Source: an uncultured bacterium
GTDB taxonomy: Bacteria > Zixibacteria > MSB-5A5 > UBA10806
Reading direction: 5' to 3'
DNA length: 64,000 nucleotides
Assembly (NCBI GenBank): GCA_965602185.1
Contig: CBFCYP010000001.1
Span: forward strand, 1,413 to 65,412
Within the stretch, counting starts at the first letter, position 1. The number at the start of each line of letters is the position of its first letter. Positions 1-10,106 of the stretch are shown here, one piece after another. A program made the position numbers and the translations under genes. The notes below the pieces were generated by a model. The model had not been told where the DNA came from. It saw only the letters and a program-made list of their open reading frames with translations, and made no database searches.

Positions 1-2222
1 AGCAATGCCCAGGTTGATCCGCCGTTTGTGCTTATGGAAACATTTCCGCCGTCCCAGCCGCTTTCGATGGCATACCAGTGGTAAAATTCGAGCCTTGCTA
101 CGGGGTTTGATATCAGATAATCAATACTATAAAGAGGATAGTCGGCGTAATCATCATAATTATCATCCAGGTCGGTACCCCAGAGCTTCACGCCCGACCA
201 TGCCGAGGATGGACCGTGAGTGGCGGTGCCCCATTCCCATTCGCCTGAACCCGCGAAACCGCCGTTTGAGGTCTCGAACGATTCTGCCGGTTGAAGCGAG
301 AAATCCAGCACGTTCGTTTGCCCGTACTGGATAAATATGCTGTCCGAACCATGACTGTAGCCTATTGCCTTAGCCTCCACGAGGTATGATGTACCCGATG
401 GAACCGAAGGGAACTGATAAAAACCCTGCGAGTTGGTGCTCTCAGGCTGAAGAGGAGTATCCGCGATAGTTATTTCGGCATTCCCTATCGAATCTCCCGT
501 TAAACTGGTAACGGTTCCCTGCAAAACAGCGATGGGGGCAGGGGAGAGCTGGAAATTTACTGATGAGGTATCGTTCTGCGATATCAGGACTGACTGATCC
601 TGCGGCAGGTAACCGAAATAGGACGCTCTTATAGTATATGAAGCCGAATCGGCGGGGGCGGCCATGAAATAGTATCCGGAGGAATTCGCCTGGACGGATC
701 GATTTTCGCCTACCAGCTCGACGATTGCCGGAATTGGATTAGAATTCGTCGCGTCCGTAACATATCCCTCAACGTATCCGAAACCGGAGCTTGCCAGGGC
801 AACCGCGTCAATCAGATTTATCACCCCGTGTCCGTAATCGTTATCCTCTCCGGGAGTTCCGAGATCCACTGCGCTCTGAATCAGGATATTCTTAATGGCA
901 TCCACATCGAGATTGGGATTGACCTGCCTTAGAATTGCTACCGCCCCGGTTACATGGGGTGAGGACATCGATGTTCCGCTTTTGGTTGAGTAGCTTCCTC
1001 CCGGGACAGATGATCTTACGCTGACCCCGGGCGCTACCACCTCCGGTTTGATGGCCAGATCTCCCGTTGCGCACTCCGAAGGTCCACGGGCGCTGAAACT
1101 GGCTATCGGTAGGCTTGGGTCGTTTCCATCGACCGCCCCTACCGAAAAGCAATTATAATATGTCGCGGCCCTGTCGGCCGGGGAGCGCAGGCCACTGGAG
1201 CCTTCGTTCCCTGCGGAGAAGATAACCACCGAGCCGGCGATCTCGACATTGTCAATTACGGTCCAGAAGGTGGCATCGCAATCGGGATATCCGATGCCGT
1301 CGGGTATACCCCAGGAATTTCCGATAGCGTCAGGATTATCCTGCGTCCCGGGATTGCCGTCGGGATCAACCGCCCACTGGAAAGCCAGGAGCGCGTCAGC
1401 GATGGTCTGGTCTATACCGGCCCTGTCTATGGCGGCTGATGCGATCCAGATAGCATCTATGGCCACACCCACGGTATCACCGGACGGGGAGCGACCGCAA
1501 ATAGTACCCATGGTATGGGTACCGTGAGTCCCGCTGTCATCAGGATAAAACCAATTAGTATAGGGATCATGCCAGCTCTCGTCGTAATCCCCGTCCCCGT
1601 CAACGTCACCTCGGAAACGATCGACAAGAGCTTCGTGATACCCGTCCACTCCTGTATCTATATTCATTACGCAACGTCCGGCCCCGGTCCAGCCCTGAGC
1701 CCAGACCGCGGGAGCATTAATCTTGTCCAGCCCGATCTCGTGACTGGTAAGGAGGTTTTCCGGATTTTTCGTTTTGGCCGGTTCGATATTCTCGATTTCG
1801 TAATTGTAATATAGATCAGCTATGTCGCTCCGCTCCGCCAGAGAGTAAATCCCGGACTCCGAAGCGTTAACCCAGAACATGTTGGCTATCCAGTACATCC
1901 TGTAGCTTTTGACATGCCCCAGCCTCTTCAGTTCCTCCAGATATGTTACAATCTGGGGCTGGGATAAAGTAGCTGTCTGTTGAAGAGCTGTCACGACGCG
2001 CATATTTCTCTCGGTGAGAGTGGCCTTGTTGGCCTTGAGTTGGAAGTCGAGAGATTTTAAATCGGCCTGCTGGCTCAAATAGGCGAGAGCCTGTATGGTC
2101 TCATCCGACTCCAGGGCGCCCAGCCGCGACAGAAGATCCTGGTCGATATTCGCGGCAAACGGCCCCGTGCTAAAAGCCATAAGCATTATGACCGTCATGA
2201 AGATAAGTTTAAATCCTTTCAT
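1..2222 (-). CDS. Secreted S8 subtilisin-family serine peptidase, 5' part; the gene continues beyond the window start
   Basis: Minus-strand ORF starting at ATG 2222-2220 with a GGAGA RBS and signal peptide MKGFKLIFMTVIMLMAFSTG. Catalytic motifs HGTHTMGTI (His) and GTSMSSPHVTGAVAIL (Ser) are present, with a long C-terminal beta-rich extension. The 5..334 + ORF is its antisense shadow. Confidence 0.85.
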   Translation of the reverse strand, partial: MKGFKLIFMTVIMLMAFSTGPFAANIDQDLLSRLGALESDETIQALAYLSQQADLKSLDFQLKANKATLTERNMRVVTALQQTATLSQPQIVTYLEELKRLGHVKSYRMYWIANMFWVNASESGIYSLAERSDIADLYYNYEIENIEPAKTKNPENLLTSHEIGLDKINAPAVWAQGWTGAGRCVMNIDTGVDGYHEALVDRFRGDVDGDGDYDESWHDPYTNWFYPDDSGTHGTHTMGTICGRSPSGDTVGVAIDAIWIASAAIDRAGIDQTIADALLAFQWAVDPDGNPGTQDNPDAIGNSWGIPDGIGYPDCDATFWTVIDNVEIAGSVVIFSAGNEGSSGLRSPADRAATYYNCFSVGAVDGNDPSLPIASFSARGPSECATGDLAIKPEVVAPGVSVRSSVPGGSYSTKSGTSMSSPHVTGAVAILRQVNPNLDVDAIKNILIQSAVDLGTPGEDNDYGHGVINLIDAVALASSGFGYVEGYVTDATNSNPIPAIVELVGENRSVQANSSGYYFMAAPADSASYTIRASYFGYLPQDQSVLISQNDTSSVNFQLSPAPIAVLQGTVTSLTGDSIGNAEITIADTPLQPESTNSQGFYQFPSVPSGTSYLVEAKAIGYSHGSDSIFIQYGQTNVLDFSLQPAESFETSNGGFAGSGEWEWGTATHGPSSAWSGVKLWGTDLDDNYDDYADYPLYSIDYLISNPVARLEFYHWYAIESGWDGGNVSISTNGGSTWAL

Positions 2223-2579
2223 CGGTTCTCCTTTTTTATTCGAATATTTACGAAATCCTAAAGAAAAGACAGCTTTACATTATCGTCTGTCCAAAATCAG
2301 CTATCTCGATTTTAGTTTTCTTAATAGCCGATTGTAAGGTAAACCCTCTGCTCCCTTCGAGGAATGTCCAAAACGACAAAACTCAAACCAATTCGAAGTT
2401 AACCATTAGTATTATATCCTGATTTTGCCAAAAATCAAGTATCAACGGAAAAAAATACCCTGCAAATTGAAAATATTGCCCGGGCAAGCCAAACCGGAAT
2501 ATTAATACTGAGTCCTTCGGTAATGTATAACTGCAATGTTAATAAAGTGTTATGAGTTCAAATCAGCCGTGAAAGGTTT

Positions 2580-2594
2580 GGGCATGCGTGTTGC
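2580..2594 (+). promoter_or_regulatory. Candidate sigma54 (RpoN) -24/-12 promoter for the ylxF-fliK-flgD-flgE... operon
   Basis: GGGCAT-gcgtg-TTGCTTAA matches the TGGCAC-N5-TTGCW consensus with GG and GC 10 nt apart. The same extended motif recurs at 27321-27335. A GGGAG RBS and an ATG at 2624 lie downstream. Confidence 0.45.
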
Positions 2595-2623
2595 TTAAAG
2601 GGAGTCGGGAGATTGCAGAAAGT

Positions 2624-3145
2624 ATGTTTAAGATTGTGGGAATGGGTTTGATGACAATAGCAGGATTTATAATATACTCCATTTTGTTCAGCTTCGCCTA
2701 CGGTTTGAGCCCGGCGGACGCGGCCAAAATCGTCATAACCGGCGGTTTAAATAAAGACCCCATCTCGATTTATCAGAAGACTTTGGCGGAAATCGATTCC
2801 ATAAGAACCGAGAAGTTCAAAATATTCAGAGTTATTGAGGACTCCCTGGCGGAGGAGAAAAGAAAAGTCGACTCCGAGAAAGCCGAGGTACAGTCCATGC
2901 GTGACGAAATCTCAAGGCTTATGGATTTGAAAAAGAAATTGGAAGACAGCAGCTTATATAACCTGGCAAAGATCTATAACGACATGGACCCCATTCAGCT
3001 GGCCAATGTTATGATAGACCTCGATGATACATTGATAATTATGGTGCTGCCGAAAATGAAAAACGATAAGGCCAGCAGGATTCTGGAGATGCTTCCGCCG
3101 GCAAGATCGGCTCAAATTTCATCCATGCTGTTGGGAAAAGAATGA
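2624..3145 (+). CDS. MgtE-N-domain flagellar protein (YlxF/MotE-like), N-terminal membrane anchor
   Basis: N-terminal TM helix and a C-terminal MgtE_N-like segment (DLDDTLIIMVLPKMKNDKASRILEMLPPARSAQISSML). It sits immediately upstream of fliK, as ylxF does in B. subtilis. The ORF-track GTG start at 2588 would lie inside the predicted promoter, so ATG 2624 with a GGGAG RBS is preferred. Confidence 0.6.
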   Translation: MFKIVGMGLMTIAGFIIYSILFSFAYGLSPADAAKIVITGGLNKDPISIYQKTLAEIDSIRTEKFKIFRVIEDSLAEEKRKVDSEKAEVQSMRDEISRLMDLKKKLEDSSLYNLAKIYNDMDPIQLANVMIDLDDTLIIMVLPKMKNDKASRILEMLPPARSAQISSMLLGKE

Positions 3146-4782
3146 TGGGATACCTCTTTCAAAATATCGGGCAACTGGCTGGATTTTTCGTAAATCAGGG
3201 CGAAAGCGCTTGTCCTGAAAAGCCCGCCGCGCCGGTGTCAGAAATATCTTTTGAATCAATCTTCGATTCCTTAACCGGGTCTTTTAAAAGTAAAATGAGC
3301 GATATGCCCGAAAATGGCTATTTAAATGAGAATATAGAGTTTGTAGAAAGGACATTTTTAAATGAAGACGCGTTAAAAGCGTTAATCGAAAATCAGGGAA
3401 AGATTGTAACATTAGAGATATCATCCGATGAAATCTCCCGTTATCTGGATGATTTATCTCTACCGGCTATTAATAAAAAATATGGCTCTGGCATAATACC
3501 GGCCGATTCCGCAGGGGATACCACAAAATTCGCAATAAACGAGTCTTCGAGATCGACCTACCGGATATCATTTAATACCGCGGATCTATTTGATAAAGCC
3601 TATCTGCCGGTTGATCTTACTAACGTTGACGGTCAAAAAACAACGCAACTGATTGATGTAACAAAACTTGTCCGTCTGATTAATGAATATCCCGAGCCCC
3701 TGCAGACTGAAATCGAGATAATGCCTGAAATAGATAACGCCAAGAGTCTCAATGAATTTAAATCAACGTTTAAATTCGATCTGAGAAATTTATTCGGGAC
3801 TGCCGGCATAAAACCTTCGAAATCCATAGAAGGATTGATTTCATTGACCGCCGGTCAATTATCTAAAAATACGGCCGTTAATTCCTATAATATTTCATAT
3901 AATAATAAAGAAAGCCTGCCGAAAGTGACCCTATTCGATACAGAAAATCCGCAACAAGCGGAAATGTCTTATAAAACCAGTAATCTGGACGGGCTTTTCC
4001 TTTTAAATCAAAAGATATCAATCTCTCTGTTGGGTTTAAGAAACCAGACTCCTCACAGGGGTAATATCAATTGTCATAGTGAAGATTTTGTTGCCCCTGA
4101 ATCACTTAACGAAATCGAAAGCGCCGGGGCCGGCGGTGATAAATCCGATAATAACGATAATCCCTCTGCGTTATCTAAAATTTCCGTCGGTTCCAGCGGC
4201 GCTTCGCCCCCGGCCCAATTTAATAACGCTTCAGCGGACGGATTTACGGGTCAATACGAACTGTTGAGGGGTGCAACGACAGAATACAGTCTGGAAGATA
4301 TTAGAGAAATGCCCATGAAGAATTTCGAGAATATAGAGAATATTAAAGCAAGCATTATCAACGCCATAGAACACGGCCGTTCGACTGTCAGGATGAGGCT
4401 TCATCCTGAAAATCTCGGATCGCTTCATATAAAGCTTCAGTGGAGAGCGGGTATGTTACTTACCGAATTCAGGGTCGAAACCGTCAAAGCCGGCGAGATT
4501 GTTTCCGCGATCCTGCCGGAATTGAGAGCCAGCCTTGAAGAGGCAAATCTGAGATTGACCGATATCAATGTGGTCGTCAATGATCGCGGGAGAGAGTTTT
4601 CATCGGCTCATAATCCGCAGTATCATTCCGGCTCCGCCTGGAACGGACAGGATAGAAGAGGCAGATCGTCGTTCGAGGGTTACGACAACCCCGATACCGA
4701 AACCATTAATGAGAAAACCGCCAGGATCGGTAATCCCGGATCCGGGTCGAGCCATAAAGGTTGGATAGACCTTAAAGCTTAG
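3142..4782 (+). CDS. fliK: Flagellar hook-length control protein FliK
   Basis: C-terminal Flg_hook domain (RSTVRMRLHPENLGSLHIKLQWRAGMLLTEFRVETVKAGEIV) on a long low-complexity N-terminal region. ATGA overlap with the upstream gene; positioned between ylxF-like and flgD. Confidence 0.8.
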   Translation: MMGYLFQNIGQLAGFFVNQGESACPEKPAAPVSEISFESIFDSLTGSFKSKMSDMPENGYLNENIEFVERTFLNEDALKALIENQGKIVTLEISSDEISRYLDDLSLPAINKKYGSGIIPADSAGDTTKFAINESSRSTYRISFNTADLFDKAYLPVDLTNVDGQKTTQLIDVTKLVRLINEYPEPLQTEIEIMPEIDNAKSLNEFKSTFKFDLRNLFGTAGIKPSKSIEGLISLTAGQLSKNTAVNSYNISYNNKESLPKVTLFDTENPQQAEMSYKTSNLDGLFLLNQKISISLLGLRNQTPHRGNINCHSEDFVAPESLNEIESAGAGGDKSDNNDNPSALSKISVGSSGASPPAQFNNASADGFTGQYELLRGATTEYSLEDIREMPMKNFENIENIKASIINAIEHGRSTVRMRLHPENLGSLHIKLQWRAGMLLTEFRVETVKAGEIVSAILPELRASLEEANLRLTDINVVVNDRGREFSSAHNPQYHSGSAWNGQDRRGRSSFEGYDNPDTETINEKTARIGNPGSGSSHKGWIDLKA

Positions 4783-4793
4783 GGGGCAATAAA

Positions 4794-5525
4794 ATGACAG
4801 ATATTTCGCCGATCAGCAATATCCCCGGGGTGGCCACTAATATAGCCAGTACCGGAAGTTCAAACCTGGGTAAAAATGATTTTTTGAACCTGCTCGTAAC
4901 TCAGCTGCGGTATCAGGATCCGCTGGAACCGATGCAGGACTCGGATTTTGTGGCGCAGCTGGCGCAGTTCTCATCGCTCGAACAGCTATCCAATATCAGC
5001 ACGTCGCTGGGCTATTCCACGGAACTCGATTATATCCTGAGCCAGACCATCGCCAATACCATGGCTACCACCATTATCGGCAAGGAAGTGGTGGCCGAGG
5101 GGAGCACTATATACCACGAGTATGATACAGATTCCCGAATCTGTTTTGAGCTGGATGCGGACGCAAAGAATGTCGAGGTGAAAATATATAATGAAACCGG
5201 TTCTCTGGTGAGAGTCCTTTCTGATCAGGATCTTGAAAAAGGAATGAACTATATCGATTGGGATGGAAAGGATAACTCCGGATCCAAAATCGCCGGGGGA
5301 GAATACACGTTTGAGATTACAGCCAAAGACTCGTCGGATGAAAGCGTGGGAGTTCAAACCAGGATTGTGGGGATAGTCGAATCGGTTCGTTATGAAAACG
5401 GCAAAGGATATTTAATCGTCAACGGGCAGAAAATAGAGATGTCGGATATTATCGAAATCAATCTGCCGAGCGGTTCTGAAAACGGTTCCGGCAAATCCGA
5501 AGAAGAAGATCCATTTTGGAATTAG
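4794..5525 (+). CDS. flgD: Flagellar hook assembly/capping protein FlgD
   Basis: N-terminal FlgD signature FLNLLVTQLRYQDPLEPMQDSDFVAQLAQFSSLEQL. Confidence 0.9.
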   Translation: MTDISPISNIPGVATNIASTGSSNLGKNDFLNLLVTQLRYQDPLEPMQDSDFVAQLAQFSSLEQLSNISTSLGYSTELDYILSQTIANTMATTIIGKEVVAEGSTIYHEYDTDSRICFELDADAKNVEVKIYNETGSLVRVLSDQDLEKGMNYIDWDGKDNSGSKIAGGEYTFEITAKDSSDESVGVQTRIVGIVESVRYENGKGYLIVNGQKIEMSDIIEINLPSGSENGSGKSEEEDPFWN

Positions 5526-5555
5526 AAATAAATCTTAAGGGAATCCACGAAGGAG

Positions 5556-5951
5556 GTGGTAATGGAAAATTATAGGATCGGCGCCGAAAACGTCGGTCGT
5601 ATCAAGCCGCAGGCGGGAAAAGAGAGAATCCCGCTCACTTCGAAAACCCCGAACGCCGAGTTTGCGAAGGAGCTTGATAATTCCCTAAAACAACTGACCA
5701 AACTGAAGTTTTCCGGGCATGCCATAGGAAGGCTGGCCGATCGCGGTGTTCAGCTTACCGGCGACAAAGCCTTGAGACTCGAAAACGCCGTCGATGTCGC
5801 CGAGAAGAAAGGCGCCCGGGATTCGTTGGTTCTGCTTGATGAACTGGCCTTTGTGGTGTCGGTGAAAAACAGGACCGTGGTTACCGCCTGTGATATGCAG
5901 GGGATGAAAGAAGGAGTGTTTACTAAAATTGACAGCACTATTCTCGGATAA
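5556..5951 (+). CDS. Small conserved flagellar-operon protein sitting between flgD and flgE (TIGR02530-like by position and size)
   Basis: 131-aa ORF behind a strong AAGGAGG RBS; position-conserved between flgD and flgE as in Firmicute and Thermotoga flagellar operons. The family assignment is from memory, not a search. Confidence 0.5.
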   Translation: MVMENYRIGAENVGRIKPQAGKERIPLTSKTPNAEFAKELDNSLKQLTKLKFSGHAIGRLADRGVQLTGDKALRLENAVDVAEKKGARDSLVLLDELAFVVSVKNRTVVTACDMQGMKEGVFTKIDSTILG

Positions 5952-6050
5952 AACAACAGGCTGGACCCCCAACGGGGAAGCCATTACCCGCGCCCGAATG
6001 GCGCGGCGGGTTGCCGGTATTTTTTGCCGGCGATCGGGAGGGTATAAATT

Positions 6051-8354
6051 ATGATGGCATCACTTTTCGCCGGCGTTTCGGGCTTGAGAAACCACCAGGT
6101 CAGGATGAACGTCGTCGGCGATAATATCGCGAACGTTAATACCATTGGATATAAGGCGGGGAGAACTACGTTTCAGGAAGCCCTGGTACAGACCATGAGA
6201 GGCGCCAGCAGGCCCTCCAGCACCACCGGCGGCACCAACCCGCTTCAGCTCGGCTTGGGGATGAGCGTCGCCACAATCGACAATCTGTTCCTGCAGGGCG
6301 GCCTCGAGACCACCGGGCAGGTAACCGACCTCGGCATCCAGGGAACCGGCTTCTTTGTCGTTTCCGACGGACAACAGGATTTTTATACCAGGGCCGGCGC
6401 ATTCGGATTCGATGCGGATTCCAACATGATAAGTCTATCGACCGGATATATCCTCCAGGGCAAGATGGCCGATGTTGACGGTACGATCCCTGCCAATGCT
6501 CCCATCGGGAATATCGTTATGCCTTTCGGGCAGCAGGATCCTGCCAGAGAGACATCTGAAATTGAACTGGGTATGAATCTGAATTCCGCCGCGACCGACT
6601 CGGTGGCCACGCTGGTTTCCGCCGGCAACTCGAACGTTATCGCAGTCTCAGGTTATGCGGCCGACGGTTCCGGAGGACAGCACATTATTACCTTAACGGG
6701 CTCTAATGCTCAGTATTCGGAGCTCGCGGGGGTTCATGCAAATACTCTTGATGATGTTGTCGCCGGCGATGTGGCGACGGTTGTCGGGGGAGGCGGTACC
6801 GGGACTTTACCCGCCGATGATTACGTATATACGGTCATCGCACAAAATTCACTGGGGAATTCTAGCGGCGCCGAAATAACCGTTAACGGCGTGCCTGCAA
6901 ACGGTTCGGTCGATCTTACCATTACCTATGCCGATCCCGATGTTACATCAATTCAGATTTATAGAAGGCCTGCCGGAGGCACCTACGGAGGTACCCTGGG
7001 AGGAAAAATCTATGACGGCGCTTACGTTGCGCCGGGACCGCTCAACTTCACCGATGACGGTTCCCAGGCGGGCGATGGGGCCTCTCCGCCATCGATAAAC
7101 ACAACCCTTACCCTGGACTCGGCCACGCAACTATCCGATATCGGCGTAACTGACATATCCGGTTTCAGGTTGGCTGTGGACGGCGGTACCTGGGTAACAT
7201 TACCGGCATTGTCGTTGGATTCATCGGTTGGCGATCTTATTTCCGCGATTAACGCCAGCGCTCCCGGAGTTACCGCATCTCTTGAAAACGGGGAAATCAA
7301 TATAAAACGCAATTACGCCGGCGCTCCCTCAACCTACAATGTTGTGCTGGAGGATACTGGAACATCGGACGTAGGTGCTCAGGTGTTTGGCGGCGCGATA
7401 TTTAATGTAAACAATGGCGCGGCATCGACATTGCAGGCGACCGACGTATTTACGCCTACGGACCGTACCGCCCTGGCCGCTGAAGATCTTGAACTGATTT
7501 TTGACCCCAATACCGGAATTGTAACCGGCATCTCCGGACTTGGCGGTGGCGGGTTGACTGTTCAAACAGCAACCGGTGGATTAGTTGGTGATCCTGACGG
7601 TGTCGGCCCTGAAACATCCTCGACACTTATCGTGGATACCGACGAAACCCAGCATGCCACCTCGATAGGCGTGTTCGATTCACAGGGCGGCAAACACAAT
7701 CTGTCCATTACATTCACGAAATCCTGGATAGACAATCAATGGTTCTGGGAGGCCTCTTTCGCGGGAACCGAGACCATACGGTCCGGTGGAAGCGGAGTTA
7801 CGAATTTCAACCCGGATGGCTCGCTGGCATCCTTCACCTACGACGGTGGAGCATCGAGTTTGAATGTCAGCCCGAACAACGGCGCCTATGATATGGACAT
7901 AGATTTACTGGCCGGAACTGCAGGTGCTTTTGACGGTTTAACCGGATTCGCTTCGAATTCAACCGCCGCGGCAAGAGCCCAGGATGGTTACGGAGTGGGT
8001 ATCCTTTCCAATATCAGTATCGATTCCTCGGGCCTCATTACCGGTATTTTTACAAACGGTGTTTCGAGAGTCCTGGCCAGAGTATATCTGGCGGAGTTCA
8101 ACAATCCGGGCGGTCTTTTAAAAACCGGCCAGAGCATTTATCAGGAATCGGCCAACACTGGATCCGCTATTATGAGCATTCCCGCCGAAACGACATCCTC
8201 GACAATAACCTCCGGCGCGCTGGAAATTTCAAATGTCGATCTGGCGCAGGAGTTTACAAGCATGATTGTTTCTCAGCGCGGATTCCAGGCCAATGCCCGG
8301 GTTATTACAACATCGGACCAGATGCTAAATGAGCTTGTTAATTTGAAGAGTTAG
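6051..8354 (+). CDS. flgE: Flagellar hook protein FlgE, enlarged (767 aa)
   Basis: N-terminus SLFAGVSGLRNHQVRMNVVGDNIANVNTIGYK and C-terminus DLAQEFTSMIVSQRGFQANARVITTSDQMLNELVNL are canonical FlgE. A large Gly/Thr/Ser-rich central insertion accounts for the extra length. Confidence 0.92.
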   Translation: MMASLFAGVSGLRNHQVRMNVVGDNIANVNTIGYKAGRTTFQEALVQTMRGASRPSSTTGGTNPLQLGLGMSVATIDNLFLQGGLETTGQVTDLGIQGTGFFVVSDGQQDFYTRAGAFGFDADSNMISLSTGYILQGKMADVDGTIPANAPIGNIVMPFGQQDPARETSEIELGMNLNSAATDSVATLVSAGNSNVIAVSGYAADGSGGQHIITLTGSNAQYSELAGVHANTLDDVVAGDVATVVGGGGTGTLPADDYVYTVIAQNSLGNSSGAEITVNGVPANGSVDLTITYADPDVTSIQIYRRPAGGTYGGTLGGKIYDGAYVAPGPLNFTDDGSQAGDGASPPSINTTLTLDSATQLSDIGVTDISGFRLAVDGGTWVTLPALSLDSSVGDLISAINASAPGVTASLENGEINIKRNYAGAPSTYNVVLEDTGTSDVGAQVFGGAIFNVNNGAASTLQATDVFTPTDRTALAAEDLELIFDPNTGIVTGISGLGGGGLTVQTATGGLVGDPDGVGPETSSTLIVDTDETQHATSIGVFDSQGGKHNLSITFTKSWIDNQWFWEASFAGTETIRSGGSGVTNFNPDGSLASFTYDGGASSLNVSPNNGAYDMDIDLLAGTAGAFDGLTGFASNSTAAARAQDGYGVGILSNISIDSSGLITGIFTNGVSRVLARVYLAEFNNPGGLLKTGQSIYQESANTGSAIMSIPAETTSSTITSGALEISNVDLAQEFTSMIVSQRGFQANARVITTSDQMLNELVNLKS

Positions 8355-8512
8355 GAGATAAGGGAACTGGGGGAGCTCGACTCCCCCGATCCCGGATTAG
8401 CAGGTAGATAATGATAAACTTAATCCCGATCAGCGAAAACGGTCTTGGCGGTATAATTGAATCATCACTTCATCAGTTATCGTTGAATGGATCGGAGAAG
8501 GGCAGGTGAAAT

Positions 8513-9103
8513 ATGCCTGAAGCAGCTACGACCGAAGCGGTTGAGGAGGTTAAAAAAGCTCCGGAAGAGGAATCTTCAGAGGAATCCAAACCTGATAAAC
8601 CAAAGTCCGGCGGGTTGCTGCAAACCGTGATTATTATCGCCATTATGCAGATAATCACGCTTGCAGGGGCATTCTTTTTCGTAAAAATGTATCTGGTACC
8701 GAAAGTGACTGTTGAGGGGAAAGCGGTTGAGGAAATTGCCCCGCAGGAAAGAGAGCCGGCACAGATCCATATGATAGAGGATCTGGTGGTGAATCCCGCG
8801 GGTACCAACGGCACCAGGTATTTATCCGCCTCAATCGGCTTGGAATACGCTAAGGCTATTGATTCGGAGAAATCTGTGAAAGCATCAGGCGGTCATAGCG
8901 CAAGTTTGGCCGGGGGTATGGGCAATAAAGAGCCGATATTAAGAGATATCCTCATAGCGATTTTAACCTCAAAAAATATAGAGCAGTTGAGTTCGGCTGA
9001 GGGCAAAGAGGCGCTGCGCGCGGAGATCATGGAAAAAATCAATCATGAGGTCGCGCCGGATACGGTATATAAGGTGTATCTGGTGGACTACGTTTTACAG
9101 TAA
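8513..9103 (+). CDS. fliL: Flagellar basal-body-associated protein FliL
   Basis: Single TM helix (LLQTVIIIAIMQIITLAGAFFFVKMYLV) followed by the FliL domain (VVNPAGTNGTRYLSASIGLEY...LRAEIMEKINHEV). Confidence 0.85.
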   Translation: MPEAATTEAVEEVKKAPEEESSEESKPDKPKSGGLLQTVIIIAIMQIITLAGAFFFVKMYLVPKVTVEGKAVEEIAPQEREPAQIHMIEDLVVNPAGTNGTRYLSASIGLEYAKAIDSEKSVKASGGHSASLAGGMGNKEPILRDILIAILTSKNIEQLSSAEGKEALRAEIMEKINHEVAPDTVYKVYLVDYVLQ

Positions 9104-9105
9104 TT

Positions 9106-10095
9106 ATGGCGCAGGTATTATCACAGGAAGAGATCGACGCTCTATTGACAAATGTCGATTCCGAGGACGCGTTAACCGCTCCGCCGGAGATGTCGGCGAC
9201 GTCCGGTCGCAGCGAGGGCGAACGGAAAGCGGTATTGTATGATTTCAAACACCCGAACAGGGTATCCAAAGATCAACTCAGATCGCTGGAGTCTCTTCAT
9301 GACAACTTCGCCAATCAGTTCGGCTCGCAGCTTTCCGGTTTTACGCGGTCGGTAGTCGATGTCGATCTGATATCGGTGGATCAGATAACCTACTCTGAAT
9401 TTATTATGTCCCTCGCCACTCCGTCATGTACTTACATGTTCGTCCTGGATCCTATCGATGGCGCCGGAATAGTGGATTTCAATCCTTCCATTGCTTTTTC
9501 ATTCGTGGACAGGATGTTCGGCGGAAAGGGAAAAGCCCTGAATACCGAGCGCGAACTGACCGGTATCGAGAAATCGATAATGTCAAAAATTATAGCCAGA
9601 TCTTTTCAGGCTCTGGGCAAGGCCTGGGAACATGTGGAGAAGCTGGAGTTCAGACAATCGGGCTTCGAGAGCAATCCGCAGTTCATTCAAATCGTCCCTC
9701 CCGGCGAAACGGTAGTCGTTGTATCTATGCAAATAAAAATGCTGTCGTCATCGGGATTGGTGACGCTTTGCTATCCGTATCTGACGCTGGAGCCGATAAT
9801 GGAAAAACTATCCACACAACATTGGATCGAAGCCAGAAAAAAGGGCGACGACAGCGGACGGTATGAATCCAACGCCAGGAGTCTCTCGGCGGTAAGTACC
9901 GATCTAAGAGCTTTACTCGGAGGCACGAGGGTTACGGTAAAAGATTTAATGAATCTCAAGCCCGGTGACGTTATCAGACTTGATGAAAGCGATAATGATT
10001 ATGCGGTTGTTTATATCAGCGACAGGAGGAAATTTTTCGCAATACCGGGCCGCGTGGGGAAAATGAAAGCTATAAAAATAAAGGATAAAATTTAA
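9106..10095 (+). CDS. fliM: Flagellar motor switch protein FliM
   Basis: N-terminal CheY-binding motif LSQEEIDALL, FliM middle domain and a C-terminal SpoA-like region. Confidence 0.9.
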   Translation: MAQVLSQEEIDALLTNVDSEDALTAPPEMSATSGRSEGERKAVLYDFKHPNRVSKDQLRSLESLHDNFANQFGSQLSGFTRSVVDVDLISVDQITYSEFIMSLATPSCTYMFVLDPIDGAGIVDFNPSIAFSFVDRMFGGKGKALNTERELTGIEKSIMSKIIARSFQALGKAWEHVEKLEFRQSGFESNPQFIQIVPPGETVVVVSMQIKMLSSSGLVTLCYPYLTLEPIMEKLSTQHWIEARKKGDDSGRYESNARSLSAVSTDLRALLGGTRVTVKDLMNLKPGDVIRLDESDNDYAVVYISDRRKFFAIPGRVGKMKAIKIKDKI

Positions 10096-10106
10096 AGGGG
10101 ATCAAT

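Noticed and set aside
5-334. 109-aa + strand ORF at the window start
   Set aside because: Arg-rich antisense translation of the minus-strand subtilase gene; it has no RBS or coding character of its own.
2095-2337. 80-aa + ORF spanning the divergent promoter region
   Set aside because: It overlaps the 5' end and signal peptide of the minus-strand peptidase in antisense. It is most likely a non-coding intergenic or antisense artefact.
2588-2623. GTG start at 2588 for the first flagellar gene, as in the ORF track
   Set aside because: It lies inside the predicted -24/-12 element and has no convincing RBS. ATG 2624 follows GGGAG at proper spacing and begins right at the TM helix.
9426-9866. 146-aa + ORF inside fliM, and the many similar internal ORFs on both strands (e.g. 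6060-6628 minus, 14264-15088 minus, 17001-17501 minus, 28483-28947 minus, 38863-39480 minus, 45086-45511 minus)
   Set aside because: All are alternative-frame or antisense ORFs nested within well-supported genes with conserved motifs. Their compositions are Arg/Pro/Ser-rich, typical of shadow frames.
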